A stretch of DNA of 64,000 bases from Candidatus Multivoradales bacterium (lineage in GTDB: Bacteria > Acidobacteriota > Thermoanaerobaculia > Multivoradales > J023): NCBI GenBank assembly GCA_965248925.1, contig CBDFLE010000006.1, positions 3,936,001 to 4,000,000 of the forward strand, written 5' to 3'. Position 1 is the first letter of the stretch, and each line of letters begins with the position of its first letter. Of the stretch, positions 61,498 to 64,000 are shown piece by piece. The notes below the pieces were generated by a model, which worked only from the letters and a program-made list of their open reading frames with translations, had not been told where the DNA came from and searched no databases. The translations under genes and the position numbers were made by a program.

Positions 61498-61572
61498 TTC
61501 GCGGGCGCTGGCGAGTTTTCTGGAAAAGTTGATAACTCGTTTGTGTGCAGCAGTTAAGAAAATCATGCAAAA

Positions 61573-61590
61573 CTGGTATGAGGCTTGCTA
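61573..61590 (+). promoter_or_regulatory. Sigma54 promoter 2 (CTGGTATGAGGCTTGCTA)
   Basis: GG at 61575-61576 and GC at 61587-61588. Confidence 0.75.
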
Positions 61591-61599
61591 CTAGAGAAT

Positions 61600-61740
61600 C
61601 CCAGAGACCAAGCAGTCGGTGCCCGGCGCGGGCCGGGTACCAAGCCAGACGCGAACGAGTCTCTTGCCGGAGATCTCCCTTTGCGGACTCTCCGCACTTT
61701 CTCTCTCTCCAGGGGTCGCTCTGCGACCCCTGCTTCTTTT
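61600..61740 (+). ncRNA. Predicted sigma54-dependent sRNA 2 (~140 nt)
   Basis: 5' nested hairpin, TGCGGA/TCCGCA hairpin, CU-rich tract, terminator CAGGGGTCGC-TCT-GCGACCCCTG-CTTCTTTT. Confidence 0.6.
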
Positions 61741-63365
61741 CAGGGAAGTTCGAGCCCGGTCATCCGCATCCGCAAGCCGCTTTTCGAGACTTCGAGTTCG
61801 TCGACCATGGCGTCGAGGTCGCCGGCACAACTCTGCCATGAGGCCATGATCTCGGTGCGGTCGAGGTCGACCGCCTTGCGGACCTGCGCGCATCTTTCGA
61901 TCAAGGTGTAGAGAGAAGGTCTCGAGATGCCCAGCTGCTGGGCGGTGGGCTTGAGTTGCCAACGGTTGTTCCGCAAGGCGGTCCGTAGCTCCTCCTCGTC
62001 GACCTCGGAGGGTTTGCGAAAGCTGCTCGGCTTACGCCGTGGCGCGGCCGCTGCGGTCTCTAGCGCGGTGACCTCTGGCGCCCGTTGGCGGGCCAGGCTG
62101 GCTTCGGCCTCGCGCAGCATGCGCTCGATCTGGGGGCTGATCCTGACTTCCGCCGAGCCCCGGTTGGCCACCACCAGCTGGCGGGCCACGTTGCGCAGCT
62201 GGCGTACATTGCCGGGCCATGGATGGTGGGTCAAGCGGGCAACGATCGATGCCGGCAGCCAGGGGTTGTCAGAGTGAGCGAGTTCCCCCAGACGGTATTC
62301 CTCGCCAGTGCCTCGCAGTTCCTGGCGTAGGAAATGAACAAGCAGGCGGCCGATGTCTTCGCGGCGCTCGCGCAGCGGCGGTACGTTGATCTCGTAGCCC
62401 GACAAGCGATGCAGCAGAGGCTCACGGAACTTGCCGCTGCGGATCGCCGCTTCGAGATCGGCATCGGTGGCGGCGATCAAGCGAACATCGACCCGGTGGG
62501 CTTCTTGGCTGCCGACCCTCTGCACCTCACCGGATTCGAGCACCCGCAGCAGCAGCACTTGCACCTCCGAGGGGGCGTCGCCGATCTCGTCGAGGAAGAG
62601 GGTGCCGCCGTGAGCCCGTGAAAAGTAACCCACCTGATTGCGCACCGAACCGGTGTAGGCACCCTTGGCCGAGCCAAAGAGTTCAGCGGTGGCTAGGGAG
62701 GCCGGGACTGCCGCCAGGTTGACGCTGAGGAAATCTTGCCGCTGGCGCTTGCTGCTCTGGTGAATAGCCTGTGCCACCAGTTCCTTGCCGGTGCCGGTTT
62801 CGCTGCGCAGCAACACTGGCACTTCTAGGTCGGCGACGCGATCGATCTCCTCGCGAACTCTAACGATCGCGTCGCTTTCGCCGATCAGGCCGAATCGGTC
62901 TGCCTTGTAGACCGCTGCCTCGCGGGTCAGATGGAGCAGCAAAACCACTCGGCTGGCGAGCAGCAGCACCACCCCGCGTTGCAGATCATAGGCTGAGATC
63001 AAGTGTTCGTCCTCGATCTCCAGGCCATCCAGCAGCACGTCGCTGCCCCTGGACTCAAGGGTCAGGCGTAGGCCGTCGGTGCGCGTGCTGCGGCTCAAAC
63101 GGAGGGGAGTTCGGCTGAGATAGGGGGATTCCAGCGGCCGCGCCTCGCGCTGCCCGGGGATCGAGAATTCCGGAATCAAACGCGAGACCAAGGCGGGCTT
63201 GCTTTCGGTTAGGCCGTGCAGAAGGGCGCGTTCGCCGACGCGATCGATCTGCGGATGGTAAATAACCGTCAGGACAGGGATCTTGGCCCGCGCCCTGGCG
63301 CGACGCTCAGCAAACTGCGCGCGCAGCTCGGGCGTCAGCTTCTCGACAGTCTCATCTGGTGCCAT
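61740..63365 (-). CDS. Sigma54-dependent enhancer-binding protein with non-REC (possibly FHA-like) N-terminus
   Basis: ETGTGKE, ELFG, GAYTGS, FLDEIG, WPGNVRQL, C-terminal HTH. Confidence 0.92.
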   Translation of the reverse strand: MAPDETVEKLTPELRAQFAERRARARAKIPVLTVIYHPQIDRVGERALLHGLTESKPALVSRLIPEFSIPGQREARPLESPYLSRTPLRLSRSTRTDGLRLTLESRGSDVLLDGLEIEDEHLISAYDLQRGVVLLLASRVVLLLHLTREAAVYKADRFGLIGESDAIVRVREEIDRVADLEVPVLLRSETGTGKELVAQAIHQSSKRQRQDFLSVNLAAVPASLATAELFGSAKGAYTGSVRNQVGYFSRAHGGTLFLDEIGDAPSEVQVLLLRVLESGEVQRVGSQEAHRVDVRLIAATDADLEAAIRSGKFREPLLHRLSGYEINVPPLRERREDIGRLLVHFLRQELRGTGEEYRLGELAHSDNPWLPASIVARLTHHPWPGNVRQLRNVARQLVVANRGSAEVRISPQIERMLREAEASLARQRAPEVTALETAAAAPRRKPSSFRKPSEVDEEELRTALRNNRWQLKPTAQQLGISRPSLYTLIERCAQVRKAVDLDRTEIMASWQSCAGDLDAMVDELEVSKSGLRMRMTGLELP

Positions 63366-63386
63366 TGTTGACAGTCTACAGCACCC

Positions 63387-64000
63387 TCAATCGAACAGCG
63401 AAGCCTCGGTCTGTTCGTACCAGTCGACAATACCGGCCCACACCTGCTCGGCGGTTTCGGCGAATTGGAAGAGGTCGACATCCTCCGGGTCGATCACCCC
63501 TTCCGCGGCCAGGAACTCGGCATCGAAGACGCCGCGCCAAAAAGACTCGCCGACCAGGAAGACCGGCAGAGGGCGGACCTTGCGAGTCTGGATCAAGCAA
63601 AGAGTCTCGAACAGTTCATCGAGGGTGCCGTAGCCGCCGGGGAAAGCCACCAGCGCCTTGGCGCGCATCAGAAAGTGCATCTTGCGCATGCCGAAATAGC
63701 GAAATTGGAAGCACAGGTCGGGGGTGATGTAGGGATTCGGGTACTGCTCGTGGGGCAGGGTGATATTCAACCCGAGAGACTCGGCGCCGACATCGTGAGC
63801 GCCGCGGTTGCCGGCCTCCATAATGCCCGGTCCGCCGCCGGTGACCACCATTAAGCGATTGTCCTCGGGGCCGCCGCCGGCTTTGCTCACCAGCTGGCCT
63901 AGGCGCCGCGCCTCGTCGTAGTAGCGACATTTGGCGAGCACCCGCTCGCGGATCGATACCTGGCGTTTCAGGTTATGGTTCTGCGGTTCCTGGGTGAGAG
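63387..64000 (-). CDS. LOG family protein (5'-truncated at window edge)
   Basis: TGGGPGIMEAGNRGA, RKMHF, PGGYGTLDE. Confidence 0.92.
   Translation of the reverse strand, partial: LTQEPQNHNLKRQVSIRERVLAKCRYYDEARRLGQLVSKAGGGPEDNRLMVVTGGGPGIMEAGNRGAHDVGAESLGLNITLPHEQYPNPYITPDLCFQFRYFGMRKMHFLMRAKALVAFPGGYGTLDELFETLCLIQTRKVRPLPVFLVGESFWRGVFDAEFLAAEGVIDPEDVDLFQFAETAEQVWAGIVDWYEQTEASLFD

Noticed and set aside
61308-61740. CsrB/RsmZ-type sponge RNAs
   Set aside because: GGA motifs are few and mostly in stems rather than loops
1-64000. CRISPR array, tRNA or rRNA genes
   Set aside because: No repeat-spacer periodicity or recognisable structural RNA gene seen by eye; the 9-bp repeat at 29918 has no spacers

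Overview
GC-rich bacterial chromosomal window. Its gene families (DGFESGD-motif secreted proteins, HTH-TPR regulators, large ECF/anti-sigma pairs, an enhancer-binding protein with a possibly FHA-like N-terminus) suggest Acidobacteriota, probably Thermoanaerobaculia; this is an inference. Bases 1-3.9 kb hold peptidase, cell-wall and outer-membrane genes. Bases ~4.0-29.3 kb are a tandemly repeated island bounded by three copies of the 3' end of an MscS-like gene. Each unit has a signal-peptide Rhs toxin with its own C-terminal tip, immunity and orphan-immunity genes, a decayed tyrosine recombinase and an HTH-TPR regulator. Unit 2 also carries an IS nested inside an IS3 element. The island splits an ECF-sigma regulon marked by a shared GTGACTTT-N14-GTC promoter motif. 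Bases 33-64 kb are housekeeping, envelope and signalling genes. The most novel-looking signal is at 61.15-61.74 kb: two tandem, apparently non-coding sigma54 units (tandem TGACACC enhancer, -24/-12 promoter, three-hairpin RNA, intrinsic terminator) converging on an atypical sigma54 activator. No rRNA, tRNA or CRISPR array was recognised. All calls are by eye; no database searches were run.
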